From: an uncultured Chloroflexia bacterium | GTDB lineage: Bacteria; Chloroflexota; Limnocylindria; Limnocylindrales; CSP1-4 | DNA length: 64,000 nt | Assembly: GCA_963759495.1 (NCBI GenBank) | Contig: CAVWZL010000016.1 | Location: 66,065-130,064, forward strand | Reading direction: 5' to 3' | In this document: piece by piece, positions 45,917 through 55,276 of the stretch | Layout: the number at the start of each line of letters is the position of its first letter | Numbering within the stretch: position 1 is the stretch's first letter | Made by a program: the position numbers and the translations under genes | Notes under the pieces: model-generated | The model's input: the letters and a program-made list of their open reading frames with translations, nothing else | What the model was told of the DNA's origin: nothing | Database searches by the model: none

Positions 45917-46396
45917 ATGCCGAAGGTCCGCATCGTCGATGCGACCACGCTCACGCCGGATCTCGTGCTCGCGGGCGCGAGGGACTTCTCTGAGCATCGC
46001 GCTGACCTGTGGCCGGATGTCCATCTCGAGCATCTGCAGGTTCACGAGCTCGGTGACACCTACGCAGACGTGACCGAAGGCAACCCCTGGCCCATCGGCA
46101 TCGTGTGGGAGCGATTGCGCTATGACTGGTCTCGCCCGGACGCTGTGCGTGGGGTCGTGATCGACTCGAACCTGTTCTACCCGGGGAGCACCTGGGAGCT
46201 CTGGGCGACAGGCACGCCGCAGGGTTCGCGTGTCGAGCTCCTCGCGGACCGCCGGCTCCGCCCGGTCAAGGGTTGGCTGACCTATCCGTTCTTCCCGCTT
46301 GGGCTCGCTCGCCAGAGCGTGGCAGCCCATCTCCGGCATTTCCTGTCGACCCTCGAAGCGGACAAGGCCCGACGCGTCGCCACGACCGCTGGCTGA
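45917..46396 (+). CDS. Hypothetical protein (SRPBCC/START-like fold suspected)
   Basis: Intact 159-aa ORF with high GC3. No diagnostic motif was recognised, so the fold guess is weak. Confidence 0.45.
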   Translation: MPKVRIVDATTLTPDLVLAGARDFSEHRADLWPDVHLEHLQVHELGDTYADVTEGNPWPIGIVWERLRYDWSRPDAVRGVVIDSNLFYPGSTWELWATGTPQGSRVELLADRRLRPVKGWLTYPFFPLGLARQSVAAHLRHFLSTLEADKARRVATTAG

Positions 46397-46534
46397 TCAC
46401 GCGACATCGCCGGACTAGCGAGGACCCGATCGGCCGGTGAACCGCCGCGGAGACGGCACAGAACGCGTGAGGTATAGCGTCGGATCGCCGAGGGCAGGCC
46501 GTTCCCATCGGTCCCCTCGAAGAGGAGTAGGACG

Positions 46535-47008
46535 ATGCGCCATCGAACCGCACGCAGCCGGGTGGCCCTGGCCACGGGGGGAGCGCTCCTGCTCCTCTGC
46601 GTCGCAGTCGGCGCCGCGACCGCTGCCCGCAACGCCGAGCTCATGACGATCAGCATTGATCTCGACTCGGGACTCGAGACCTTTACGACCGACAGCCCAT
46701 TGCTCTGCCCGTCCGGTGTCGCGGTCACCGACTTCGAGCGTGCTGCAGGCTTCATCGGCGCGGCCGGCTCGTTCCACCTCAGCAAGACGCTGACGTGCGA
46801 CGACGGGTCGGGCACCTTCAGGATTCGGGTGGACGCCGCCACGAACTTCGTCGTTGGCGACGGCACAACCGGCGGATGGAGTGTCGTCCCGCGCAGCGGA
46901 ACCGGTGCCTATGTCGGCCTCAAGGGCGGCGGAAGCGTCGTCGGCACGAACTCCGACGAGCCTCCTGTCGACCTCGTCGACCACTACTTTGGCTCGCTCA
47001 GGCGATAG
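46535..47008 (+). CDS. Secreted hypothetical protein
   Basis: GAGGAG-type RBS upstream of the ATG. Signal peptide RVALATGGALLLLCVAVGAATA. The mature part is Gly/Thr-rich and beta-type. Confidence 0.6.
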   Translation: MRHRTARSRVALATGGALLLLCVAVGAATAARNAELMTISIDLDSGLETFTTDSPLLCPSGVAVTDFERAAGFIGAAGSFHLSKTLTCDDGSGTFRIRVDAATNFVVGDGTTGGWSVVPRSGTGAYVGLKGGGSVVGTNSDEPPVDLVDHYFGSLRR

Positions 47009-47080
47009 CCGGCGACACGTCGGCTCCGCCAGGGAGCCTGACGAGGCCGAATGGGACATCCCTTCGCGGCCCGTGCCGGG

Positions 47081-47638
47081 TCACGCACCGAACGAGCGCG
47101 ATTCGCGCCTGCGGAGGATTTCGTCGACGACGTCCGCGAGCGGGGCGGTGGCGTCGATCACGATCCCTTCGTTCGGAATGTCCTCCTTCGTGCGATGCAG
47201 GCGCGCGATCAGGTCGCGCGCCACGGGCTTTCCACCTCCCCACTCGGCGTCCGGTCGCTCGTCGAGCCGTCGGTGCAACGTGTCGATGTCGACATCGAGG
47301 ACGAACACCGCGTCGAACAGGTGGATGAACTTCGCGGAGTTCCGCGACCCGCCACAGAAGAAGGTGACCGCCTCATCCTGGTTCGCGACGAGGGCTTGAA
47401 CCCTGGCGACATCCCAGATGTGGTTCTCGTGGGCGCGGGTGTCCAGCGGTTGGCCGGTCTCCGGATCGCCCTGGTACGCCAGCTCACGGTCGCCGTGGAT
47501 GACCTGGTAGCCGCGCCGCTCCAACTCCGTGCCGACGGATGTCTTGCCGGTGCCGGAGAGGCCTTCGATCAGGTAGTTGCGGACGCCCACGCCGCAGAGA
47601 GTAGCGACGCCCGAGAGGCGTTGTGTTCCCCCGCACAT
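47081..47638 (-). CDS. P-loop NTPase / nucleoside(-tide) kinase-like protein
   Basis: Walker A YLIEGLSGTGKTSVG, then FFCGGSRN...FVLDVDIDTLHRRLDERP. The start is taken at ATG complement 47636-47638, which has an AAGGA RBS. Confidence 0.6.
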   Translation of the reverse strand: MCGGTQRLSGVATLCGVGVRNYLIEGLSGTGKTSVGTELERRGYQVIHGDRELAYQGDPETGQPLDTRAHENHIWDVARVQALVANQDEAVTFFCGGSRNSAKFIHLFDAVFVLDVDIDTLHRRLDERPDAEWGGGKPVARDLIARLHRTKEDIPNEGIVIDATAPLADVVDEILRRRESRSFGA

Positions 47639-47658
47639 CCGTCCTTGATACTCACGGC

Positions 47659-48091
47659 ATGAAGCTCTACTTCGCCGGGCCACTGTTCAGCACGCGCAGA
47701 GCGTGCCTGGAATGCGGAGGTCACTGCCGCGCTTCGAGCCGCTGGTCACGATGTGTTCCTCCCACAGGAGCAGGAGGGCGGCAAGGATGGCCGCGGCATC
47801 TTCGCGACCGATGTAGCGGGGATCGACTGGGCGGACGGCCTGGTCGCCATCATGGATGGGCCGGATCCGGACTCGGGCACGGCGTGGGAGGTGGGCTACG
47901 CGTTCGGCACAACGAAGCCGGTGGTCCTGGTCCGCACCGACTTCCGCGCCCTCGCCGGCGATGCCGGTGACTACAACCCGATGCTCACCCAGGCCGCAAC
48001 GGCACGGATCGACCTCCCCGCTGCGGCGACGACCGATGTGATCGCGGCGATCGTTGACTCGCTTGCCGCCATCGAGGCGGATCGGGCCTGA
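47659..48091 (+). CDS. Nucleoside 2-deoxyribosyltransferase-like protein, one frameshift near 47.70 kb
   Basis: MKLYFAGPLFST(AERAWNAEVTAALRAAGHDV)FLPQEQE...ADGLVAIMDGPDPDSGTAWEVGYAFGTTKPVVLVRTDFR. The N-terminus is in ORF 47623-47970 and the remainder in ORF 47753-48091. Confidence 0.7.
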
Positions 48092-48123
48092 CGTCCGGGC
48101 CCGCGAACGGCGATCATCTCGGC

Positions 48124-48595
48124 ATGGATGACGTTGCGTTCGTGCCGTCTGCATTCGCCGTTCCCCGAACCCTCGAGGCGGCCCTGTTCCGGCTCGAGCC
48201 GCTGGGACCCGAGCACAACGCTGCCGACTACGCGGCTTGGTCCTCATCTCTCGAGCACATTCGGCAAACGCCGGGCTTCCCCGATGGCAACTGGCCCGAT
48301 GGGCGGTCGATCGACGACAACCTCCGTGACCTGCGCCGTCACGCGGATGATTTCGAACAGCGACGCGGCTTCACCTACACGGTGATCGATCCGATGACAG
48401 GCGACGTCGTGGGGTGCGTCTACATCTACCCGGACCGTGCCGTGCCCGGACGGGCGGTCGTGCAGTCCTGGGTGCGCGAGAGCCGAGCCGAGCTGGACAT
48501 CCCGCTCTGGCGTGCGGTGAGTGATGGCTCGCAGCCGCCTGGCCGTTCGAGGACGTGGCCTACGAAGCCCGGGTTACGGACGCGGATCGCGCCTG
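48124..48595 (+). CDS. GNAT-like acetyltransferase-fold protein; the 3' end is frameshifted as assembled
   Basis: LFRLEPLGPEHNAADYAAWSSSLEHIRQTPGF...FTYTVIDPMTGDVVGCVYIYP. The likely true C-terminus WLAAAWPFEDVAYEARVTDADRA* is in another frame (TGA 48593-48595). Confidence 0.5.
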
Positions 48596-50732
48596 AGACT
48601 GTGGCGCCCAGAGCGGACCGCATCGGCCGAGATGAGGGAGTCGGCCCGACCGCGATCAACGAGAACGGCCGGGCGTCTGCCCGGCCGTTCTCCTGTTTGG
48701 CGCGGAGTTGACCGGCGCCTGCGAACCGAGCCCGGAGCTGGAGAAAGCCACAGCGTGAGCGCAAGGAGCGCAGCCAGCGCGAGGAGCGGCAGACGCCACC
48801 CCTCCGACACCGCGGTCGAGCCCTCGAGGAGCGCATCCGTGGGAGGGAGCGTGATCTCTGGCGTCCCGGTCTCGCCGCCGACGGATCCACTGGGTGTCTC
48901 CCCTGGCCCGGCGTCGGCGAAGTTGTAGACGTGCACCATCACGTCTGCGTCGCCACTGGTGTCGAGGCTGATCCGGCCTGCGTCGGCGTCGAGGTCGACG
49001 AGGGTCGCCTCATCGCCACTGTCGGGGGTGAACTCGATGGCCCCGAACCGGAAGCCCGCGGGCGGCGAGCTCTCGGTGATCGTGACGTCACCCTGAGCGA
49101 CGCCTTCGAAGCCGTAGTGGCTGATCTCGACGCAGACGTCGGCGGTGATCATCCCGTCGCCGTTGGCGTCGGCGTTGACGTCGGTCTCACAGACCTTGGC
49201 CGGGATGAAGGTTGCGTCGTCGAAGTCCTGCGTGCCGCCATCGGCGTCAACGCTGAAGTTGAACGACGTCGTACCGCCGGCGACGAACTGGTCGAAGAAG
49301 TCGTCATCGGCGTCGAGGGCGCCCGCGGGACCCTCGTCACCCGGCAGCGTGATGACCGGGCAGGTAAGCACCTTGGCCAGGAAGCCACCCAGGGCGTCGA
49401 AGTCGGCCTGACTCTGGATCTCGTCCGGACAGACGTGCTTCATGACCATGACCATGCCGGTCGGCCCTGTCGTGTCGGTCGGCGTGGGCGTCGGGCTCGG
49501 TGTCTCCCCTGGCCCGGCGTCGGCGAAGTTGTAGACGTGCACCATCACGTCTGCGTCGCCACTGGTGTCGAGGCTGATCCGGCCTGCGTCGGCGTCGAGG
49601 TCGACGAGGGTCGCCTCATCGCCACTGTCGGGGGTGAACTCGATGGCCCCGAACCGGAAGCCCGCGGGCGGCGAGCTCTCGGTGATCGTGACGTCACCCT
49701 GAGCGACGCCTTCGAAGCCGTAGTGGCTGATCTCGACACAGACGTCGGCGGTGATCATCCCGTCGCCGTTGGCGTCGGCGTTGACGTCGGTCTCACAGAC
49801 CTTGGCCGGGATGAAGGTTGCGTCGTCGAAGTCCTGCGTGCCGCCAGCGGCGTCAACGCTGAAGTTGAACGACGTCGTACCGCCGGCGACGAACTGGTCG
49901 AAGAAGTCGTCATCGGCGTCGAGGGCGCCCGCGGGACCCTCGTCACCCGGCAGCGTGATGACCGGGCAGGTAAGCACCTTGGCCAGGAAGCCACCCAGGG
50001 CGTCGAAGTCGGCCTGACTCTGGATCTCGTCCGGACAGACATGCTTCATGACCATGACCATGCCGGTCGGCCCTGTCGTGTCGGTCGGCGTGGGCGTCGG
50101 GCTCGGTGTGGGGGATTCGGTCGGCGTGGGCGTCGGGTCGGCGTGGGGGATTTGGTCGGCGTGGGCGTCGGGCTCGGTGTGGGGGATTCGGTCGGCGTGG
50201 GCGTTGGGCTCGGTGCTGACGTATCCGTCGGCGTGGGGGATTGGTCGGCGCCGGGGTTTCCTGAGTCTCGGCGGCCTGGCAGATGTGGCTGAGATTTCAG
50301 CTGCCCGTCGCTCGTGACGGTCGACGTCGCTTCCATGAGGACGTCGGCCTCGGTCACGATGGCAAAGTGGAGCGTTCCTCCGGCCTTCTTATACGACTCG
50401 ACCGTGAGGGTTCCTGCGGTCTCGAACTGCGCCGTGAGCGATGCGGTCTCCACGGACTTGTCAACCTGGTTCTGGACGAAGTGCCAGAGGACCGTTCCGG
50501 CCTCCAGATCCACCTCGCTACACTCACCATCAGATCCCTGGAAGTCGCCTTCGGTCGACGAGATCGGGCCGGACTGGTGCAGATCGTTCGCGAGCGCCGT
50601 CGCGGGCGCGAACAAGGCCGCTCCGACCAAGGACACGATTGCCAGCCATGCGATGAGCCGCCACGCGGACAGAAACGCGTGGCGTGACGGTGACGAGCGA
50701 GTTGGCACGGGACCACCTCCGTTGCAGCACAT
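48574..50732 (-). CDS. Large secreted cell-surface protein. Order: signal/TM segment, N-terminal domain, Pro/Thr linker, two ~202-aa near-identical SpaA/Cna-B-like repeats, then LPPTD followed by a hydrophobic segment and an Arg-rich tail. One frameshift in the linker; the 3' end is uncertain.
   Basis: ORF 50046-50732 (AWRLIAWLAIVSLVGAALFAPATALA ... PTPTESPTPSPTPTPT) joins ORF 48574-50061 after a 1-nt correction near 50137. The repeat unit contains VTITESSPPAGFRFG. The C-terminus is TLPPTDALLEGSTAVSEGWRLPLLALAALLALTLWLSPAPGSVRRRRS. Confidence 0.7.
48661..48698 (+). terminator. Strong intrinsic terminator between convergent genes
   Basis: GAGAACGGCCGGGC-GTCT-GCCCGGCCGTTCTC (14-bp perfect stem) followed by CTGTTT. 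Confidence 0.6.
48893..50109. repeat. Tandem direct duplication, 2 x 606 bp, with three mismatches noted by eye, inside the surface-protein gene
   Basis: GGTGTCTCCCCTGGCCCGGCGTCGGCGAAGTTGTAGACGTGCACC starts at 48893 and again at 49499. Identity runs to 50109. The differences I noted are at 49130/49736, 49248/49854 and 49435/50041. Confidence 0.95.
50083..50245. repeat. 36-bp tandem repeat (~4.5 units) encoding the Pro/Thr linker; one unit is 35 bp
   Basis: The unit is GTCGGCGTGGGCGTCGGGCTCGGTGTGGGGGATTCG. The second unit, GTCGGCGTGGGCGTCGG-GTCGGCGTGGGGGATTTG, lacks one base, exactly where the reading frame breaks. Confidence 0.8.
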
Positions 50733-50955
50733 CGGGCCCTGGACACATGGGCAACCGGGCTGCTGGTATACGGCGGCTTCGGCCCCGCCGGTGCGGGGAA
50801 CGGCGGCCCAACCCTTCCGGGCGCATTACAGCGGTCGCGCGGTCGCCGCAGCGGCCGCTGCGCGTCGGCGAGCCTCGGCTCAGGGGCACAAGGTGTTGAC
50901 GCCTCTGTAAGGCGATCGGTAGCCTCGTCGAACCTATGCCGCATCCGAGGGTGTC

Positions 50956-51375
50956 ATGAGCGCTGTCATCGACCATCTGCGCGCTGTCCCGCTCTTCCGA
51001 GGCATGCCCACGTACGCCCTCGAGACAGTCGCAGACCGAGCTTCTGAGACGACCTTCGAAGACGGTGAGCACCTGACCCGGGAGGGCGAGCCGGGAGAGA
51101 CGTTCTACATCGTCACCAAGGGCCGCCTGCAGGTATCCCAAAATGGGGCACCGCTCCGCGATCTTGGACCTGGCGACTTCCTCGGCGAGATCTCGCTGGT
51201 CGACGGAGGACCCCGCACAGCCACGGTCACGGCTGTCGGCCCCGTCCAGGCCCTGGTCATTCGGCGCGTTGACTTCCTGGAAATGGTCGAATGGGACAGT
51301 GCCGTCCGACTCGGCATCCTGACGGCGCTGACCGAACGTATCCGGAAGACGCATCCCGGCGACATGGTCGATTGA
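50956..51375 (+). CDS. Stand-alone cyclic nucleotide-binding domain protein
   Basis: Intact 139-aa ORF: LRAVPLFRGMPTYALETVADRASETTFEDGEHLTREGEPGETFYIVTKGRLQV...GPGDFLGEISLVDGGPRTATVTA. No DNA-binding HTH follows. Confidence 0.8.
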   Translation: MSAVIDHLRAVPLFRGMPTYALETVADRASETTFEDGEHLTREGEPGETFYIVTKGRLQVSQNGAPLRDLGPGDFLGEISLVDGGPRTATVTAVGPVQALVIRRVDFLEMVEWDSAVRLGILTALTERIRKTHPGDMVD

Positions 51376-51499
51376 CCAGCCCGAGGCCGATGAGTGCGTT
51401 CACGCCGGCCAGGGCGCAACGGCGGCGCTCATCGAGTCGAGCGGCGCCTGTGACTCGCGTCCGTGCCGGACCCACGGAAGGCTGAGGCCTGTCGTGAAG

Positions 51500-51572
51500 C
51501 GCCCCCGGACGGATTCGAACCGCCGACGCCAGCCTTAGGACGGCTGCGCTCTATCCACTGAGCTACGGGGGC
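51500..51572 (-). tRNA. tRNA-Arg (anticodon CCU), CCA not encoded
   Basis: Minus strand: GCCCCCG-UA-GCUC-AGUGGAUA-GAGC-G-CAGCC-GUCCUAA-GGCUG-GCGUC-GGCGG-UUCGAAU-CCGUC-CGGGGGC-G. Confidence 0.95.
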
Positions 51573-51751
51573 GAGGTGCCATCGTACCGCGGCGCAGAAG
51601 GTGTCGAAATCTTCAGCAACCGGGACGGGAACCCTGTCGTCGGAGGCGCAGGTCGTCGCTCCTCCCTGCGGTGGCCTGCACGCGAGCCGGCCGGCCGTCC
51701 CAGATCGCGTCGTCCGGCTCGCGCCGCACCCTCGACTAGAATTGCGGCGAG

Positions 51752-52039
51752 ATGGAGCCCCTCTACCTGTACACCCGTGCCGGGTGCCACCTGTGCGACG
51801 ACGCCCGCACAATCCTTGACGCGATCCTCGCCGAGCGCGCCGCCGCTGGTGTCCCCTCCCCCGAAGTGGTCGAACGCGACATCGAGACCGACGAGGGCTG
51901 GCATCGCGCGTACGTTGCCTCCATCCCGGTCATCGAGCTTGGCGAGCATCGCCTCGAGCTCGCCCTGAGCCCGGCCCGCATCCGCCGCCTGTTGGTGGAC
52001 GCGCTCGATGCACCGGCACCCGCCGCGCCCCGAGGCTAG
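51752..52039 (+). CDS. Glutaredoxin-like protein (DUF836/YruB-type)
   Basis: Intact 95-aa ORF: LYLYTRAGCHLCDDARTIL (CxxC) ... IPVIELGEHRL. Confidence 0.75.
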   Translation: MEPLYLYTRAGCHLCDDARTILDAILAERAAAGVPSPEVVERDIETDEGWHRAYVASIPVIELGEHRLELALSPARIRRLLVDALDAPAPAAPRG

Positions 52040-52042
52040 CCG

Positions 52043-52863
52043 ATGTTCGGCGGCGACCTGACGATCCTCGTGGCCCTGGCTGCGGGCGTCATCAGCTTCC
52101 TCTCCCCGTGCGTGCTGCCGCTCGTCCCGGCCTACGTCGGGCAGCTCACCGCGATCGCCGTCGCGTCGGCCGCCGATGACGCGCCGCCGAGCCGATGGAC
52201 GGCATTCCGGCACGGGCTTGCCTACGTCTTCGGGTTCGGTGCCGTGTTCACCGCGCTCGGGCTCACCGCGACGTACGGGGCAAGCGGGCTGTCGCTGTAT
52301 CTCGACGAGCTCCGGTGGATCGGCGGCCTCGTCCTGATCATCCTCGGGATCAGCCTCACGGGCTTGGTCCGGATCCCGTTCCTCGAGCGGACGTGGCGAC
52401 CGCTCGACGCGGGCGCGGCCGGATCGCTCGCCTCGGCAACGGGCTCGGTTGCGCTTGGCATGCCGGGGAACCGTCGAGCGGGGATCGGCGACCGACTTGG
52501 CGGATGGGTCGTCAACTCCCGTGGCGGCTGGCTGGCGTCGTTTGGCCTCGGTGCGATCTTTGCCGTCGGCTGGACCCGTGCATCGGGATCATCCTCGGCG
52601 GCATCCTGACCCTGGCGGCGACATCTGCCACCGCCGGGCAGGGGTTGATCCTGCTCGTTGCCTACACCGCCGGCCTCGGGCTGCCGTTCCTCGCGATCGC
52701 CGCCGCCTATGACCGCGCGCCGCAGCTCCTTCGACCGCTGACACGCCACGGTCGGATCGTCTCGATCGTCGGCGGGCTCCTTGTCGCGGCGATCGGCCTC
52801 GCGATGATGATGGACTGGCTCGCGTTCTTGCCCCAGCGCTTCCAGTTCCTCACCAATATCTAG
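52043..52863 (+). CDS. ccdA: Cytochrome c biogenesis protein CcdA (thiol-disulfide transporter), one frameshift near 52.57 kb
   Basis: ILVALAAGVISFLSPCVLPLVPAYVGQL. The second half, CIGIILGGILTLAATSATAGQGLILLVAYTAGLGLPFLAIAAAY, is in ORF 52195-52863. Confidence 0.8.
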
Positions 52864-53566
52864 TGCCGGACCCTCGACCCGAGTTCCGACATCGAGCCGA
52901 GCGGCGCGGCGTCGTCGGACCGTTCAGCGGGCGACAGCTGCTCGGCGCATTCCTTGCCGTTGCCGTCGCCATCGTCGTGCTGGTCGTCGTCACGACGCCG
53001 CTCGGACAGACCCCGACGGGACCGGGCTTCGTGGATCCGAAGTCGACGCCGTTCGTCATCGGCCAGGCACCCGCGGAGGGCCTTCGCGTCGGCGATGAAG
53101 CGCCCGAGCTTCGATGTCGCGCTCGCCGACGGCACGCGCTATCAGCTGACCGATCTCGCCGGCAATGCCGTGCGGCTCGAAGACCTGCGGGGCAAGGCGG
53201 TCTGGGTGAACTTCTTCGCCAGCTGGTGCCCGCCGTGTCAGGGAGAGACCCCGGTCCTGCGCGATCTTGCCGACGAGTACCGGGATCGTGGGCTCGAGGT
53301 CGTCGCGGTCAGCGTGCAGGAGACGGCCGTCGAAGACGTCCGCGCCTACGCCGAGCGGTACGACCTCGACTACACGATCGGCTTCGATGGCTCGGGACAC
53401 GTGTTCCGCACATATCGGGTTTACGCCCTGCCCACGCAGTTCTTCCTGGACACGAACGGCGTCATCCGGTTCGTGGTCCAGGGTCCGCTCGAGACCGAAG
53501 GCGCGACGCAGCGCATCGAAGCGCTCCTGCCGGCGGCGATCGCTCCCAGCGATTCAGCCGGCTTGA
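52863..53566 (+). CDS. TlpA/ResA-like membrane-anchored thiol-disulfide oxidoreductase. One frameshift near 53.1 kb; the 3' end is uncertain.
   Basis: TM anchor LLGAFLAVAVAIVVLVVV (ORF 52863-53978), then the thioredoxin fold LRGKAVWVNFFASWCPPCQGETPVLRDLADEY...YALPTQFFLDTNGVIRFVVQGP (ORF 52954-53697). The in-frame ORF runs to 53697, but that would overlap the convergent methyltransferase. Confidence 0.7.
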
Positions 53567-54393
53567 CTCGCCCGACGGAGACGGTCGTGATCGACCGGTC
53601 CACGAACGAGCCGCCGAGCTCCTGCTCGATGAACGTGCCGATCGCCCTGAAGAGTCGGGCCCGTCGCCGAGCCGGCAGGCTCCGGTGGGGCGAGTAGGTC
53701 CGGATCAAGCCCAGCTGGGAGGCGGTCGTGTAGCGGTGGTCCCAGGCGAAGCGACGTTCGCCGACGATCTCGAACAGCCCACTTGCGGACCATCTCGTCC
53801 GTATAGCCACCCAGCTCGGCTTCGGTGGGCGGGATATAGGGAGCGTCATCGGGAAACTCGCGCTCGTAGAACGGCTGGACGCCTCGGTAGTAGGCCTCGC
53901 TCTGCGGCGTCAGCACGTGGTCGCTGCGGATCAGCGCAAGCGCGCCGACGCTCCCGGAGCGCGTCCGCCACAAGCTGATACCGACGTTCGGCGATCGACC
54001 CAGTGGAACGCCGTCGCCGCGACGACGAGGTCGAAGGCGTGCCGCGGGTTCGGTGCCGCCTCCAGGGTTGACTCGACGACCTCCGTACGGGGCCACGGCT
54101 CCAGCCGGGCGGCGCAGCATGGCGGCCATGCGCGGGCCCGGTTCGACCGCCGTCACGTCGAACCCCCGGCTGGCCAGCGGCAGGGTCAGCGTGCCGGGCC
54201 CCGGCCCGATCTCGAGGATCCTTCCGCCGACCGGGGCCTCGGCAAGCTCGAGTAGCGGCGTCGATTGCCTCGTCCGGGTACGGCGGCCGGTATCGGAGGT
54301 AGAGGGTCGGCGCCTCGTCGAAGATCGTCCCGAGTGAGCGCGGATTCCGGGAGTTGAGGCGCGGTCGATCGTTGACGGTCGCGGGCGGGCCAT
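53554..54393 (-). CDS. Class I SAM-dependent methyltransferase, multiple frameshifts; both ends approximate
   Basis: IFDEAPTLYLRYRPPYPDEAID, motif I GGRILEIGPGPGTLTLPLASRGFDVTAVEPGPRMAAML, IRSDHVLTPQSEAYYRGVQPFYEREFPDDAPYIPPTEAELGGYTDEM, and LFRAIGTFIEQELGGSFVDRSITTVSVGRV. Confidence 0.6.
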   Translation of the reverse strand: MARPRPSTIDRASTPGIRAHSGRSSTRRRPSTSDTGRRTRTRQSTPLLELAEAPVGGRILEIGPGPGTLTLPLASRGFDVTAVEPGPRMAAMLRRPAGAVAPYGGRRVNPGGGTEPAARLRPRRRGDGVPLGRSPNVGISLWRTRSGSVGALALIRSDHVLTPQSEAYYRGVQPFYEREFPDDAPYIPPTEAELGGYTDEMVRKWAVRDRRRTSLRLGPPLHDRLPAGLDPDLLAPPEPAGSATGPTLQGDRHVHRAGARRLVRGPVDHDRLRRASQAG

Positions 54394-54404
54394 CCGCCTC
54401 AGCC

Positions 54405-55270
54405 CTACTCGGGCTCGTAGCGGAAGCGGTCGCGATCCCGGACGAGGCGGCCCACGGGATGCAGCCGCTCGTGTGACAGGACCACCGTCCAGCCCTCATC
54501 GGCGGCCCGGGCGAAGAGCTCGTCCTTGATCTGCACCGAATCGAGCGGGAAGTCGTCGAAGGAGGTGACCCAGCGCGGATTCGCCGCCCACGGGCGCATG
54601 AACAGGTCGCCGAAGAACGCCAGCGGCCGCGCCCGCCGCCCCGCCGCGCACGACGATCGCCTGGTGGCCCTCCGAATGCCCGCCCGTCGGGACCACCGTC
54701 ACGCCGGGCAGGAGCTCGCGTTCGCCCTCGGCCCAGCCTTCGGCGCCCCAGTCGCGGACGAGCTGCAGCTCCGGCTGGACGTAGCGACGCGACGAGTCGC
54801 GGGTTGTCGCCGAGCGCGATCTCCCACTCGGCTCGTTGCGCGACGATCGTGGCGCGCGGAAACGCCCGCGACCCGTCGGCGCGGCAGCAGCCCGCCGGCG
54901 TGGTCGAAATGCAGGTGGCTCATGGCGACGACGTCGACCGTCTCGGGGTCGAAGCCGGCCGTCTCGAGCGCGGGCACGATCCACGGGCCCTCGTAGCCGC
55001 GCATCGTCGCGTGCCTTGTCGTCGAGCCGCTCGCCGATCCCCGTCTCGACCAGGACGCGACCAGCCGGCGTCTCGATCAGGAGGCAGTTGAGCGCCTGGA
55101 GGAGCCGGTGGTCGTGGTCGATCTCATCGGTGACGAGCTTGCCCCACAGGATCCGCGGCACCGGCCCGAAGATCGCGCCGGCGTCGGTGCGAAACGTGCC
55201 GGCCTGGACGAGCGCGACGCGCGTCCCGCCACCGAGATCCGCGACCAGTCGAGCGTCGTTGAGGCCTCGT
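54405..55270 (-). CDS. MBL-fold metallo-hydrolase, multiple frameshifts; start unresolved
   Basis: [60 protein letters not shown], HxHxDH motif [30 protein letters not shown], and C-terminus [44 protein letters not shown]. Confidence 0.7.
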
Positions 55271-55276
55271 GGCGCT

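Noticed and set aside
45224-51572. Genomic island integrated at tRNA-Arg (an accessory-looking gene set ending at a tRNA)
   Set aside because: I found no integrase, recombinase or transposase, no direct repeat of the tRNA 3' end, and no obvious compositional break by eye.
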